DNA of 63,551 bases, counting the filler, from Choristocarpus tenellus KU-1152 (taxonomy: Eukaryota > Protista > Phaeophyceae): the NCBI GenBank assembly GCA_964200185.2. It is 11 parts of 11 records of this genome, joined end to end, with 100 filler letters (N's around TTAATTAATTAA, not from the genome) between each part and the next. Parts side by side here need not be neighbours in the genome. Positions count along the whole stretch, not along the records: positions 35,863 to 45,899 come from CAXNAD020003190.1; positions 46,000 to 50,729 come from CAXNAD020013305.1; positions 50,830 to 53,676 come from CAXNAD020024238.1; 8 more parts are not named here. One strand, 5' to 3'. The notes below the pieces were generated by a model. The model saw only the letters and a list, made by a program, of their open reading frames with translations, was not told the DNA's origin and ran no database searches. The position numbers were made by a program, and so were the translations under genes. This document shows positions 39,101-50,870 of the stretch, in pieces (positions within the stretch are counted from its first letter, which is position 1; the number at the start of each line of letters is the position of its first letter).

Positions 39101-40628
39101 AGTGAGGAGTTATTGAGAAGGAACACTCGAAGAACACCCCTGGAAGATCTCTCGGAGGCGGACTGACCAATAACTTGACTGAGAACGCGGAAGACAGGAT
39201 CAAGCAAGCTTACATCGTGCGTTATGAAAGAGCAAACACAATGATCTTCGTAAATCTGCCATGAGCGTCATTCTTATCGGGCCTCGCTGCCGTTTGCAGA
39301 AGCGGCAAAGGAGGCGAATCTACCATCATCATCATCATCATCGCGAAGCGCTTTAGACACACAAAGTACACACTTTTCCTACCAATGTCAGACCAGGACC
39401 GGGGCCACAGAGTATGTGTACACAGCATCGAAATAACAGTTACTGTGCCTTCCTTCGTAAAATCGACGAAGAGTATCATCATGAATATTGTAATCTCGAC
39501 ATAGCAAACGAAAAAAATAGCTCTTGGTATGAATCTTGACATGTTCTTTGAACATTAATATCAGACCGGTCCAAGTAATGAACATCCTCCAACAAAGGGT
39601 GCGGCCAACCTCTCCACAACTAAGGGCAAAACTTACCAGTTTGTTCACGGCATAGATCACAATTGTGGACTTGTGAGGCATGAACTGCCCGTATGTATCA
39701 GCCCAGTAGTCTATCCAGGACATCACCAGGTCTCGCTTCGGAGCCATGTCCTTATCTTTGCTCATGCCGTTCCTGTTGTAGTAGCGCACGTATGTATATA
39801 AATGGATGGGAGATGTGTTAGAGGTGGATACGAAGGACGGGGGATGGAATCCTAGAAGGATCGTATGCCAACAGCGGATCTCTAATTCTGTAGATGTTTA
39901 CGCGTGGTAACAGCTGCAACAGCGTGGGGACGGCCGGATGAGATCATAAAAAAACATATCGCATGTGTACATACACACATAGGTAGGTAACACATTACTC
40001 CACGCTGGAGGGATCCCTAAATTTGTATATTAGACATCTAGGCATGGTAACTGCAAAGTGAATGTGGTGAGTACGGTCGGATGACATTATTCTCAGATAG
40101 GACGGAAAATATACCGGGTACAAGTAACACCGTGTACATACATCAAACCCACCTATCCACACCGATGGATGCTCTTGTGTTAGGTGTGCCTTTGCAAGCG
40201 TCGATGACATGATTGGATATCCCGAACGATGCCTTGAAAAACTGCGTACTGACGGGAATGCTGGCCGTGAGCATAGATCCACCTCCAGGTCCCAACTTAA
40301 TCACAGGTACACGGTCGCCAACGAAGTGCTTGTGATCGCGGCGGTTCTCACACACCCGGATGATGTCCTGCTCTTTGGCCAAGGTGCGTGCAAGGAAGGA
40401 CTCGCCATCTGCCGCGAACTTCTTCACACAGGCTAAGCGCTTACAGCAGTCACTCTGTTCCTTGACCGGGATGGGTTCAGCCCATCCTCGGCGAAGCTTG
40501 GCGCCGGTCACTGAAGCTTCATTGGTAGGAAGCTCCAGCGTATCATTGTTGGCGGGCTGGTGAGGGGGCAACACGGGGGGAGACGCAGGCGACAAAAGCC
40601 ACCCCCTTGCTGTGGAAGCAACTGTCAT
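36169..40628 (-). pseudogene. Intron-rich Sola/DUF7869-like DDE(D) transposase, slightly decayed
   Basis: Exons 40628-40153, ~39790-39637, 39072-38815, 38354-38191, 37971-37883, 37475-37363, 37110-36965 and 36605-36169; phases are compatible from the 39637 donor onward. Motifs FFKASFGIS, SWIDYW..YGQFMP, FMKCDIC, SVDAANQ..LP, QVDNCISENKN, MVGHTHIKIDQIFSR. In-frame TAG at 36206-36208 and two damaged acceptor sites. Confidence 0.8.
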
Positions 40629-40699
40629 AGTGTTTTCGGGCAATAGGCGGTCTTGGGCAGTGAGAAGGTCTAGGAGTGATTAGATTCGAAGCCATGCAT

Positions 40700-41220
40700 A
40701 CGAACTTCGTTTGAGCCCCGGGCGGACGATGGGGCCACCCTGAGATCCATATCTTGAAAATCCGTGCATTACGCATTTTGGAAATTGTAATTCAGATTCT
40801 AGTATGTGATTTGTATATTTTTAGATAAATAACATACTTCATTGACATTGTACGTTTCCAATGTTCCGAAACTAACTTTGTTTGATCCTTGGGCTATCGA
40901 TGGGACCACCCTGAGATCGATGATCCTGAAAATCCGTGCATTACTTTTTTTCGGAAATTGTAAATCCGATTATATCCGTGATTTCTGTATTATAAAATAC
41001 AAATCACATACTTAATTGGTCGTATACGTTTCCAATGTACTGAAACCAACTTTGTTTGTGGTCCGGGAGATTCATTGGACCCGTCCTGAGATCCATGACC
41101 CTCAAAATATTATAATTTTTTTTACGGAAGTTGTTAAAACGATTATACCCATACTTACAATTTTTTGAAATACAAAGCACACACTTCATTGATCTCGTAC
41201 GTTTCCAATATTCAGAAACC
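40700..41220. repeat. Tandem array, ~172-175 bp x3
   Basis: ccctgagatc...gaaaatccgtgcattac...gtttccaat recurs, with anchors at 40756, 40928 and ~41103. Confidence 0.85.
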
Positions 41221-41880
41221 CAGAGATTTAAAAAATAGTGCCACCATCTAATTTTTTTTAATACAAAATCTTAAGTTGTTGGACATATGCATTCTTAAAA
41301 CCTCTACAGACGACAAAAAGGGGTTATTTGAGTATTGAAGGGCCATTTAGTTCTTCGAAACTCAAGGACACCCAAAACAAGTGCATGAGGATTTTTGGAA
41401 ATAGTAAACCCAGTAATAACCGTTCTTACCCTTTTTGAAAATAACAAGCACGCACTTCATGGGTCTCAAATGTTTCCAATTTCCATAAGCTAAAAGGTCG
41501 CTTCCAACTGGTACCCACAATTTATTTAAATACTAAAACCGCTTTTTGGCGACCTTAGGATTTTTGAAAATACAAGAGACGACAAAAAAGCAGATCTATA
41601 GTTTTCAAGATCCATTTGAATGTTCTAAACCCAACAACAGCCAAACATGTGCGTTAGGGTTTTACGAAATAATAATGGTATTGTAATCTTTACATCAACA
41701 AATACAATTACAAACCACATCCTTCATTGATCCAATAAGTTTCAAACGTACGAAATGAAAAGTTCACAAAAATAGTTGCTCTCTGTCCCATTTCAATATG
41801 AAATCGTATGTTGTTTGATATTCGTATTTTTTATAACACAATTCTCAAGGGAAAGATAAATCTGAGTTTTGAAGACACAC
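41200..41880. repeat. Degenerate ~270-bp tandem repeats
   Basis: cttcat(t/g)g...gtttc(c/a)a anchors at ~41201, 41472 and 41739; gacgacaaaaa at ~41309 and ~41578. Confidence 0.6.
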
Positions 41881-42002
41881 TGACCAGATGAAATGAAGCA
41901 GCACCTCCCATCCCTCAGTCCTCATTTCAATTCATTCACTTTCGTACATACCACACGGACCTGTTATTTATCGATCTCCATCACACTCTCTCAATCTTCG
42001 TC

Positions 42003-45000
42003 ATGTCCAGCATTCCCTCAACAACAACCCACCCGCCCGCCGATGGCTCTGCCCAAGGATCGAGAACATGGGACAGCAATCTGAAGGGCATGTCATCGCT
42101 CCTACAAGATCACTACCTGGGCACGTACCGGATGAAACTGGGCAACATCAGATGCACGGAGATGGTGCGTCCACTGAGCGAGCGTGGTCTTGCATGTGTC
42201 AGCACGTCCATCCACGAGAAAGGCTGGCTGGAGCAGTTTGTTCCGCCTATCGCTATCCAGCGAGACTGTTTAGGTAATGTAGACCAGCTCACCGCCGAAA
42301 CTGCGCTTACCATTGAAGGACGTACACTGGACGGAAACCATAGAATAACGGTGCTGAAGAGAGAGTTTGATCCCGAACGTGCTTTCATCATGCGGGTCTA
42401 CATGGAGTTCAACCAAGCAGAAGAGAGACTAATTGCAAATGGTGGGTGATGGAGTGTTTTCGTTGTTTCATGATCACCTGGTGACTCTGATCAACCAAGC
42501 AACAAAGTAAGTTGAGTGTTTTCGTTGTTCCATGATCGCCTGATGACTCTTCTGATGTACAAATTGTTGCCGAGTTTCCTTACCTTGGTTCATCGTCAGT
42601 TAGTCCATTGAGGATCTTTTCGTTGTTGATCTTTTTTGTGGTATTTCTGTCCGCAGAAGCATGTTGCTCAGTACTGCATGCCGCGTGTGTCCCGCGACCG
42701 CTCCCCACCTACCCCTTGTCCGATTTGCCCACTGGACCGCCACGCTTATAGCATTCAACGACGCGACCGAGAGTGTGGTTGAGCGCACACCGTACAATAA
42801 GACATATTTTCAGCACGAGCTCCAAGAACCTATCAAGCGACAGACGAAGAAAAAAGAAGTGCCACTAGTAGAGACCCGCAACATGTACAAAAAGGTGAGG
42901 GAGTTGTCAACGTTAGTGGGATGTTGGCGCTCTACTCCTCCTCTAGTTGGGTTACAACTGTTGTGAAATCTCTCTGTGTCCTCCTATTCAACCTAAGTTG
43001 AGATAGTTATCCCGCGTTTAGGAACCCTGTCAACCAACTTATTGATTTACGGGTGACCATGTAGTATGTATGTGTGGTTAACCACGGACAAACAATAAAT
43101 ATATCCTTGTTTGTTTTATCATTAGGCCAGGCCGCTGAATAACACCCCCCCCCACTCATAATACCCCGTTGGCGCGGTAATAATGATGCCTCATCCTAGC
43201 TGACTGGGTGCATGATGTTGTTCTTTTCTGCCCATCACGAAGGTGGGCGTTACTCCCCGGCCAAAATCAACTGTACGAAACTGGCAGCAAGGCGTAAAGT
43301 CCCTTAAACCAGAGTCCTTCGAGGTACTGAAGGAAGTGTATGAGACCTCGGCACCACAGGTCGACCGCTACGCAGTCACAATGACCTATCTCAGTCGCGA
43401 GGAGTTTGCCGGCTTCACTTCTCTCAAGCAGGGGTTATGCACCCATCTGCTTGCTAGGCAAGTCAAAACGCCACTGTGTTTTATTATGTAGACAGCAGTA
43501 AGCGCAATGTATGCAGGTCGCAGCGCATTGCACAGGAACGTGAAATAAGTGTCTCCTACGATGAAGAATGTTGTCGGCCATTGTTGTGTCGAATGAAGAC
43601 CCTTCGTAGAATTGTGTAGATTCTACGAACAGTGTGTGTTTCCTGTGTATATGTGCTGTTGTCTTTAATGAACTACGACAATCAATCCATGAATATTTAA
43701 TGCATGGGCGACCCTTTCGTCATCATTACCTGCGCATCGTTCTCGTTGACGTCGTTCATGGCCATTCTCTTTTTGCAGATACAAGTCGTTCAACGGGAAG
43801 GTTCCTACGGTAAGGGACTACAAGGACATCGAATCGGACTTGCACATGTCTGAGATAGTTGTCTCGCGCACCATGCAGATTGTGCCCAAGGAGAAGTGGA
43901 CACCAGAGCTCCAAAGGTTGGTAAATGGTGGAAGTTACAGCGATTATCTTCCTTTTTTCCTTTTCCGTATCTCCTGTGCACCCATACGTGGCCATGCACC
44001 CCTCAATTGTAAAATGTACTGTCAGCATATTTTTCGGCACCGCACTTATTGACTATTGCAAAACTTTTTTTTGAACGTTACGTGGTCTAACTTCTGCAGA
44101 AGATTTCATCTGGCAACCAACAAGCGGGGCCCGTCCGGCAGCTGAGGGCAAACATCGCGACAGTAGTTGGAATGAAACCTCTGCAACGGGTCAGAGCCGT
44201 GAGTGTGCTTCCTGTGTTGGTAATTACAGCTGAAATGGCTTGTACAAAAACAATTAGTTGAAGCTTGGTAGGATTGATAGTAGGTTTTTGTCATCATCAT
44301 GAGCGACAGAGTTGCCTTCCGTACAACAAAGAGTGAAAGTATCTTTGAGGGTACAAGTTTTGCCCTGTTTGCCCATTTGGGGCTTGGCTTCCCTCGAGGT
44401 TTTTATGACATTTTCCTACTCCATAATATTTCGGAGTAGGAAAAATGGAGATGTTATGAAAAGGTGTGTTTGGAACAAGGATGTTGACACCTCCTAACAA
44501 CACGGTATCCAAAATTACATTAAAATTGCAACACTGGATTTTGGCCCCCAAACGGATGCAGCTCTGCCCTCTAAGATACTTTGGCTCAAACGATGCTGTT
44601 TTGTCAGTTCTAGTCTTTCGTTACTAATACCGGGAATAGCCAATCGTTTCCTTCTACTCTAGACAACAATCTTCGTCAATCTCCACCACGTGTCTGCCTC
44701 CAACACGTGTCACTGTCGTAACCTACAGACAGACTGGCGTCCTCGACATTGACTTCTTTCAAACTATTTCGCCCCGCAAGCCGCCTCCATTAAACACGTT
44801 CACCACGTAAACCGATAGGTTTGCTCCGTTCGGTTGACATGCTATCGTAATTCCATTACACTCTCCCATTTTTGACGTCACCATCGTCCCCTCCTCTCCT
44901 CAACAACGTCCTCCGCCGTGTCCACCACCAGATTCTCGAGAAGGACTCGACTCTACGCGCTTACCTCACCACTTGGGATGGGAAATACGATGATGTCCTC

Positions 45001-45899
45001 AACCAGGTCAACCTCCACCAGATTCACAGCGGGCGGGGCAGTGATGGCGGCGGCACGGACGTCGAGAGCAACAACGGATCGGCATCAGATGGCCGTGAGA
45101 AAGAAGACGATGGAGGGTGCAAACACCAAGGAGGGGATGGAAACGAGGGAGGGGACGAACACAAAGGAGGGGACGAAGACGAGGGAGGGAACGGACTGCC
45201 AGACAGGAAGGATATGGGCGAAGGGGGTTCTGTCGGCAGGGTTTCCGGTGCGGAAGAAGAACAAAACGGCCATGGAGGGTGGAACACGAGCATTTGCTGT
45301 ACTGAATGCAATCCTCCACCTACGTCTCGGTGAGTAATGTAGTTGTAACGGTGCACACGAGGATGGAGGGTAATTAATGGCTTAAGATTGTTTTCCTTCC
45401 AATCCCCCAAACAGCTAACTAGGTTGTCTCTTTTCAGTGGTGCACGCCATTAAACCGGTGAAACTTGTGGGGTCCCTCTGTGTGTGGCGCTGCGGTCCCT
45501 ACCCCCACGTCTCTTTATTTGCCACAGTCCGATTGTGTGTTAATGCATGTACATCACTGACTGTTGTATCTCACCTGTACTACGTCGTACTGTGTTGAGC
45601 CACCAATTTCGTGGTACTTCGTAAACATGGATCCCCGCGCTGCGTTGTTGCGCCCAATTAATGATTTGGAAAAATACTATCCTGTCTGTTTAACGCTCTC
45701 GTTCGATGACACGCGCGACAGGTATTCATGCCCAAAGTGCTCCATCACGCATATGGACGAATGTGCCTACGTGGAGATTGTAAGCGACGAGAGGCACAAG
45801 GATCGATTATGTATCAATTGCCCCATGGCACAGGAGGGCAGTGAAGGGTCTGGATCGGTGGGGAACGAAGCGGCGGGTCGGGTCAGGGGCAGGGGCAAG
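42003..45899 (+). CDS. ParB/sulfiredoxin-like N-terminal domain + HTH-like region + acidic Gly-rich linker + C4HC3 PHD-like finger; 3'-truncated by a gap
   Basis: Exons 42003-42441, 42752-42894, 43243-43457 (GC donor), 43779-43920, 44932-45329 and 45722-45899 join in frame. Motifs VRPLSERGL...SIHEKGWL...LDGNHR, KSTVRNW, and CTEC-x9-CPKC-x3-H-x3-C-x15-CINC. Confidence 0.75.
44331..44587. mobile_element. MITE family B copy in an intron of the ParB-like gene
   Basis: GAGTGAAAGTATCT...AGATACTTTGGCTC, TSD AAA. Confidence 0.92.
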
Positions 45900-45999
45900 N
45901 NNNNNNNNNNNNNNNNNNNNNNNNNNNNNNNNNNNNNNNNNNNTTAATTAATTAANNNNNNNNNNNNNNNNNNNNNNNNNNNNNNNNNNNNNNNNNNNN

Positions 46000-46126
46000 T
46001 AACTTACACATTTTACCTGCTCCAAAACATTTTGGAGTAGGTAAATGTAATACAAAACCCCAAGGGAAGTCAAGCCCCAAATGGACAAACAGGGCAAAAT
46101 TCATACCCTCTAAGATACTTTCACTC
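46000..46126. mobile_element. Partial MITE family B at contig edge
   Basis: Ends CCCTCTAAGATACTTTCACTC. Confidence 0.85.
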
Positions 46127-46406
46127 TGAGCAAGTAACACAGATTGAGCGACGAGTTATTAGTGATCCTGGATGAGTGAAAGGTTTCTCACCCCTAACCC
46201 TACGCTTCATTAGCGTTTTTCTTGCTGAAACTTTCTACCTACTACACCATACCTGAGAAGGAATTCGTCTACACCTTTCAATATCGAGACTTGGGATTCT
46301 ATACTTTTTTTTCCTTAGCAGAGGTTCTTTCTATCCCTACAATATATATATATATATCCTCTTCTTGAATGTTATCCCTTTTTATACTTCCTATTTTTGT
46401 TTTCAG

Positions 46407-48110
46407 AAGTACCGGTTCAAGAACGATCCTTCGAACAAGGGAAAGTTCTGCAATGTGGGGATTTGGTCTATATCACGTCATCCCAACTACCTCGGGGAGC
46501 TCACAGTGTGGTGGGGGATATTCGGCATGGCCTTTCCCCTCTTGAGGTTGGTTTCCCTCCATCATTTATTTGAAGCCTTCCTGACCTGAACTTGATATTC
46601 TTGATGAGCTAGGTATGGGTACAGTATGTGCACACACACGTATATTGTATGTTTTATGTGTATGTTCTCCCAACGCTCTGCCTCTAACCCTAACCCTAAA
46701 TATGTGTGTGTGTATGGGCTGTGTGTTGTACATGTAGGCGTTGGATTTATAGTGAAATGTGCGTGTTTGTGCTTGAAGATTGGATTGCTATCACTACCCT
46801 TGTGCAATAGGTGATCGAAACTTTGGCTTTGAGACAGCAAGCCAGAAACCTGTAGTACCCTACTCTTCTTGATTTGAAAATAGAAATCTTGTCCACAGCT
46901 CTTTGGTTATATGCTCATCTATTGGCTGGTGGGAGACCCTGCTCAAGGACATTCATAGGCGTAAAACTATTCTTAGAAGGAAAATCACCTATTCATGCTC
47001 GTGTTCATATATATATATTATATATATGACTGTTTGGAACAAATTTCGTGGAAGACAGATTCCTTTCTTGATGAAACATGGCATGCAAAAGAAACCAACA
47101 ACTCTACCCATCGCAAGCAAGCAAGCAAGCAACTCACCAGTCTGTGCGAATTTCTCATTGAACCAATGCAAAAAAATAATAAATGCCTTTGATACCCCTT
47201 CAGCGTTGGCATTGTCTCTATACACAAGTAATGGAGTACCATTGCCTCCGCCAGCCAGTGGTCTTACACCTGTGATAGGTCTTACACCTGTGATTCCACT
47301 CTCTGTTGAGATTAAAAAGCAATCGATTCTCGTTTTCTACTTTACTACTACTACACGTTGGACTTCACTGAAATGACAATCGCAGGTACACCTCAACGCG
47401 TTGAAATGCTCAGCAGTACTTAGGCCTAGGGACAGGGGTAGAAACTAATACTCTGACAATAAAGTATTACCTCAGCCCAACCCTAACCCTAAACCTAACC
47501 CTAACCCTTTGATTGATCACTCCCGCTCAAAAATCACACGCAGGCGACGTACACACTGCCAACAAGCAATTCAAACGAGCTAGTCAGAATGTGGTCATAT
47601 GAAATAAAAACATATAAAAACTTACAAAAAAAAAATAGAATCGAAAAATTGCTACACAAAGGGGGATCTAAACCCCCCCCCCCGATAAAAAAGTGTGTTC
47701 TAAAATAAAAAAAGGATTAAAATAGAATCACAAGGGATTGTGTTGATCGTGTTTGAATGACTCCTTCTGTACTATGACAACACCTGTACCAAAGTTCTGA
47801 CTTGGTGTACATTTAGTACCTGAACCACAGGTCCTAGTAGCTGAATTGCAGAACCCAGTAGCTGAACCGCAAGGCAGGGTGACTAGGCTGAGCGCATATT
47901 TGAATCTTACACTTGATACTAGCATGCTATTAGCTTAGACTTAGTCTGGCCTTTGTGTTGCGCTGGTCCCCCCTGCTCCCCTTCCAGGGGACCAAGTCAG
48001 CTTGCTCTGGGCCTAGCCAGTCCATTATTTTTGACCTCCCTGATTCTGTTTGTCAGTGGGGTGCCCCTTCTGGAGGAACAGCACGACCTCAAGTACGGGA
48101 AGGACCCAAG
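46407..48110 (+). CDS. DUF1295 / steroid 5-alpha-reductase-like membrane protein, two internal exons
   Basis: Exon 46407-46546 (KYRFKNDPSNKGKFCNVGIWSISRHPNYLGELTVWWGIF) splices in phase 2 to 47988-48110 (ASPLFLTSLILFVSGVPLLEEQHDLKYGKDPR). Confidence 0.9.
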
Positions 48111-48125
48111 GTTTGTGATGTGTTT

Positions 48126-48308
48126 GACTCAGAAGTACCTGGGGGGGGTGGCGGCTGTCCATTTGAGGCCAACCTTTTTTTTTCGATTTTTGGGTGACTT
48201 GATTCCATATGCCAGATGGATAATGAAAGTGCACTTTTCCTGGTTATGAACCAAATGGACACCCTGGTGTTGACCCACCCACCCACCCACCCCCAGATAC
48301 TTTGGGTC
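48126..48308. mobile_element. MITE family A copy, 15 nt into an intron
   Basis: GACTCAGAAGTACCT...AGATACTTTGGGTC; flanks TTT/ATT. Confidence 0.88.
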
Positions 48309-50829
48309 ATTGCTGTGATTGGTGTGTGACATTGTTTGGTGTTCACTGGTCCCTTTGCTGGTACTGTATTGATAACTAACCCTAACCCAAACCCTACCCA
48401 TTGAAGGCGTGTGTTCCTTTAATATTCTTGAACTTTGTGGTCAGAGCTGGTATAAAAAGGGGAAAATGGCTGTGAAATGAAAAATACACTCAAATTCAAC
48501 AAGAAAAGGCGTAACTGTGATTTTGAGGGAATGATGCTACTATTGCCTAGGTACAATTCCCAAAACGTGCAGTCCCAAGGGTTCATTGGTCTAGCAGGGT
48601 CTCCACCGACTCAAATACCCTTGCTAATGGTTGGAAGTGTGACAATGCAAAAAAAACAGTGGTGTGCAACAATTTGCTGTGTTTAGGGCCAATGTATCGA
48701 TCCTTACTATCACCAGCATCATGCCTTGTAGTGCTTCTATATGTGAGGTAAAGGTAGCCGTGTAACCCTAACCCTATACTTTACATTTGTAACAAATATT
48801 TTTTATCCCCCGGAGTTATTACATAGGTATTCATGGTGTCCTGACAGACAGGTTCTGTGCACCGCTGCAACCCTAACCCTAAGAATAAAATAAATATATG
48901 GTGTGAGGAAGGTAGGTACTGTTTAAGAGTGTCAAGTGCTGAATGGGATGGTGTGTTCTCAATACTAGAAATGAATGTAAGATTCTGGAGTGTTGAATAT
49001 TGCCCAGTTGGTAAGTACTAGTACAATACTTCAATGGCGGAGCGGCTGCATTCAAGCCAACGTTTCCTTTTTTGTGAACTGTATCTCTTGATACTCTAAA
49101 TACTGTGAATACTGCATCGAGAAGCAAAGTAGTGAAGTATCCCCACCTGATTGACCGTGCTCAATGTAATGCTACCAAGAACAGCAAAATATATGGGGAG
49201 GACAGTTTTATTTTTGTTATTTATCTACAGTGTAGTCTGGGACTAGGGATCTAGCTCGAAGCTATCTAGCCCCAACTCATGGTCCAAGGTATTGGAAGCT
49301 TTGCTCTTTCTCATTAACTCGGAACCAAGTGTTCCACTATTGTATTGTGTAGTTCCTTGGACTGTGGTTTGGGCTATTGCCCTATCTAAAGTTCAGATAA
49401 TCATTACGAAGTTCTTAAGACTAACAACACTGCAATCAGAGAGACCCAAAGACAAAACCCAGATCCGTTCCTTTGGGAACCCAGGTATCTGTATGCCCTG
49501 TATGTAATCATGTACTCATATACATTAGAAGCCGGTACAACTACAATCTGTATGTAAATATGACTATGTTGTGGCTGACCTTGGTGGCTTTTCATTTCTA
49601 AACCTCCTAGATACCCCTTCTTGCAGTGTTCCGGAGGTCACTCAGGTTTCGAACAAGGATGTCTGACCTTGCCTGCCATGTTGCTGAAGTGATGGTTCAC
49701 GATGACTAGTTTGTCTTGATTTGCTTCCTCTGCAGTCAACACCTTCTCACTATCGATCAACTCCCTTCTGAAGTATCGCAACCAGGCAAAAGCACTGGCA
49801 TCCTTCTTTGGGCACTGTCTGAGCACTAGGGGGCTCAATAAGGAAATCTCACTCACCCAGACCAGTCAGTTACTACAAGACCATCCCGTGTGCTGTGTTC
49901 TATGTCTCGTAAACGATGTTGACATAGGTTAATGTCGAGAATACAATGTTGGAGAAGTTGGTACTGCAAGAAAGACATGTCTATTTCACCTCAAATCTGG
50001 CTGTACATACCAAGGTACTGTAACCGAATAGATGCGTCTCTTAAAACCATCGCCTAGCTATCAACAGGGGTTTTGAACACGGCAAGTTGGGGGACAGCCT
50101 GGGGGACAGCCTGGCTTATGTTTTGGCTCAAGAGGGATGAGGGACAGATCCTTGTTCATAGGATGTGTGAGGATGAAAGAATAGGTGGTGGGGAACAAAT
50201 GTGAGGGAAGTTAGACTAGGGTCTGGATAGTCATGATACTCACCTGTTGAGATACATAGAGTTTCATCTCAATCGCAACTAATAATGCTCCAGTCCTTCT
50301 TGTGGGACTCATGTTGACTAAATTATCGGAGAAGACTGTAAAAAGTGGATGGGAAATTGATCCTAGTCTTGTGTTGTATAATTTGCCCGAAAGGTTCATT
50401 TGGTACAGCTGAAGTTCCATCGAGGTTTCATGGCAACCGAACCTGATGTGGATGACTTTGCAAAAGCGTTTTGTAGGCAGGGGTCTTAACCGAACCATAC
50501 ATCAAGGATCAATTGCGCAGCCAATTGTAGTGTCATGATTGAAGCAATGTAAGTACTAAGTACCTGATTGACCACTTTACCGTAAGTGCAGCATTAGAAG
50601 GAAATCCGCCCACTCACCTCCAGGGTGATCTGCTGAGCATTATTATTTTAGGATTCAATTTAGTAGTTTTTATGAATACATTCATTTGAGAGAATATTAG
50701 TAGGGGGGGGGGGGTTGAGCTAGTGTTGCNNNNNNNNNNNNNNNNNNNNNNNNNNNNNNNNNNNNNNNNNNNNTTAATTAATTAANNNNNNNNNNNNNNN
50801 NNNNNNNNNNNNNNNNNNNNNNNNNNNNN

Positions 50830-50870
50830 CACCCTGGTGTTGACCCCCCCCCCCCCAGATACTTTGGGTC
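50830..50870. mobile_element. MITE family A terminus at contig edge
   Basis: CACCCTGGTGTTGACCC...AGATACTTTGGGTC. Confidence 0.8.

Larger units (their letters stand above)
35863..45899. mobile_element. Putative composite DNA transposon (DDD transposase + ParB/PHD accessory gene), copy 1; ends not visible
   Basis: Divergent gene pair around a repeat-array spacer. A homologous arrangement occurs at 60338-63471. Confidence 0.7.

Noticed and set aside
34728-40628. FNIP gene as cargo of the transposase cassette
   Set aside because: Separated from it by an artificial spacer at 35763-35862.
44100-44200. Alternative exon for the ParB-like gene
   Set aside because: Contains in-frame stops; the 43920-44932 junction preserves the frame without it.
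49638-49856. ORF with LVIVNHHF resembling a THAP C-terminal motif
   Set aside because: THAP cysteines and spacing are missing.
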